Assembly: GCF_026571515.1 (NCBI RefSeq)
Contig: NW_026857567.1
Coordinates: 62,001-126,000 of the forward strand
Source of the DNA: Ruditapes philippinarum
Lineage: Eukaryota
Length of the DNA: 64,000 nt
Direction: 5' to 3'
The notes beneath the pieces were generated by a model that worked only from the letters and a program-made list of their open reading frames with translations, was not told the DNA's origin and ran no database searches. Below, in pieces: positions 61,800 to 64,000 of the stretch (the first letter of the stretch is position 1; each line of letters opens with the position of its first letter). A program made the position numbers and the translations under genes.

Positions 61800-64000
61800 T
61801 TCTTACTTTGAGTTCTTTTAAGGATATGTCAATTGCCCTGTTACATCTGTTACATGTTACCCCACTCATCACGTCAGTGTTTTCCTGTCTTTCGGAATAA
61901 TTGCTTCCGGAATGTTGAGTACCGCTTACTAAAACCGGTTCTTAAAGGATGTGAAAGGTGTTGCACTTTTACATTATTTTTCAAGAACCTAGATGTGAAC
62001 ATTTTAAATCATATTTTAGTTTGAAATGCTTCCAATATTACCCCTTTTTCAAATTATATTCTAGAACAGTACGTGTTAAGTGCCGTGGCATCAGTCACAT
62101 ATTTCCCTGTTTTTTCACTTCAATGTAACAGTTAATATTATTCTGTTTCTTTGAGATGATTGATGCAACTCATTAGTGTTGAACATTTTAAAATTTATAC
62201 AGTAAATGCCGATGATAAGGAGCAAGGGAAGGATGTTTCAATTTTACATAATATTTCATGAGCATACTCAACTAGTCTGTGAATTTAATATACCTAAATA
62301 TTGTTTATATTGCAATGGATGACCCCTTTTTGGGATGAAGATGAAGAACGTCCACACTGTTCAAGTATTTGTGATATAAAATATGTTGTGTGGGATTGGT
62401 CTAATCTCCTGTCCAATATATAAATTTAAAGTATTTCAATTCCTTCCTGTATTGATAGAACTGTTAAGAAATGACATGACAATATTCAGATCAGTTTGTT
62501 ATCTATTCATCGTTTGTCTAATTGATCGCCACTTATTGTCAAAGACTTGTTTGTCTATTTTAAGTTTATGTACGTCAATGTTATAATTATATGCTTAATT
62601 CTTCTAGGATAAGAAATGCAAATAATATCTTCAAATTACTGCTGCCTGAATATTTTAGCTTTAGTTTTATATTAAAAATGATTTTATATGCACTTTAAAT
62701 AAATTAGCAAGGACTTCTTGTATATAAATTAGCTTGTGCATGTAACTATGTTAATTAAGAATGCTAAATGAACATAAACTTTATATTACCCACAATTGTT
62801 TCACGTATCACATATTGTGGATTAAATCTTTTTTAATTTTTCTTATAATGGATTTCTACAAAGTAGTACCGCAATTATGATCAGGTGCTACAATATTCTT
62901 TATGTTTAAATGTGGTAGATTTCAGGTCATCAAAATGTTATCGTCCTCATAACAAGTGCCAGTCTGTCATTTATGACTGCAAGTTATTTGAGATATCGTG
63001 TACAAACTTAAGAAAATACATGTGTGTTAGGTGTCCATCGTCTCAAAAGATGATGCAACATGTTTTGTTTAAAACGGCCCATTATGCCTCAGAAATGCTT
63101 TTTGTGATTGTTTTTATTTTATTTTATTTTTCTCAAAGTAAGCTTTTTTAATTTTGGTGTACTTTCATAGTATCCAAAAACTCATTTATTGACAAATTAT
63201 CTAGACCTATTTTCCTATCTGTTATCGTTTGGCAATTAGCCAGTTTTAGTGAATTATTTATTAAGTATGGAAGCCAAAGTACTAAATTGTTTACATGTTG
63301 CTACTTTTATGACAAATTATTTCACATTTTAACTACTTTCTGAGGTAATAAGCATCTAACATTCTATAAAAACATTATTTACATTTTGTTTTAATTTTAC
63401 TGTTTTTCCTTTTGAAGAAGTAAATATTTATTTGTTACTCAGTCATAGTGTGCCTTTAATTGTGTCTACTGAATCAAGTCAACTAAGCAAAATTAAAGTG
63501 AATGTATGGTATAACCTTATGAATTTAACAATGAGAGAAATATTTTTATCATGGGCTTTTGTTGAAAAGAGAGTTTTTAGAGTGTTCGTTCCTTAAAATT
63601 TAAAACTCGCTATCGCTTTTTATTAATGCAAACTTAAGAAACACTTTTGTTATGAATGACGTTAATCAACTATTCATTTTAATAAAAGACTTTGTGTTCG
63701 AGAGTGTTTCAATAAGCTTATAGCTTCCAACACAATCGAACTAAAATAGATTTGTATAAACCAAAGAATTTGTGGTTTGATACGAGGGAAATGACAACGG
63801 AAGGGTTAGAACAGATTTTACGTAAATGCGTGATAAACACATCTTCAAACACCCGTGTAAATCGACATTATCTCAGTAATTACATGTACATAACAGCCGC
63901 ATTTATATGTAGTATGTAGTCATTGATTATTAAGAGACTAGAACCTTTTATTTTCCTCTTTGTACTACAGTAAATAAATTAAGTGTATGTAAAATCTTCG
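61800..64000 (+). pseudogene. Possible decayed TLR ectodomain relic running off the window
   Basis: 'FRNNCFRNVEYRLL', 'VFQFLPVLIELLRNDMTIF' and 'LFEISCTNLRKY' in short ORFs 61833, 62383 and 62885. Confidence 0.35.

Overview
AT-rich eukaryotic genomic DNA. The repeat families point to a bivalve mollusc, probably a venerid-type clam (inference). No intact host gene is visible. Reading all frames through the stop codons shows the 'unique' DNA is largely a tandem cluster of about 12-14 heavily decayed Toll-like receptor (LRR-LRRCT-TM-TIR) gene relics on both strands. Many transposable elements have since inserted into them: a full-length CR1-type LINE (6367-14857, 11-bp TSD, ORF1 plus an APE-RT ORF2 with a 2A-like motif), a 5'-truncated L2/Crack-type LINE (38988-41494), four Helentron-type non-autonomous elements carrying ~140-175-bp tandem repeats, tRNA-derived SINEs, Kolobok-, Sola- and Harbinger-like MITEs, a 0.9-kb GC-rich foldback inside a tiny MITE, and an unclassified ~510-bp hairpin-rich repeat. 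Main oddities: same-family SINEs at the homologous site of two paralogues in opposite orientations, covarying stems in the unclassified repeat, and a 14-bp motif recurring at roughly 175-bp multiples. All translations and alignments were done by eye, relic boundaries are approximate, and no database search was run.
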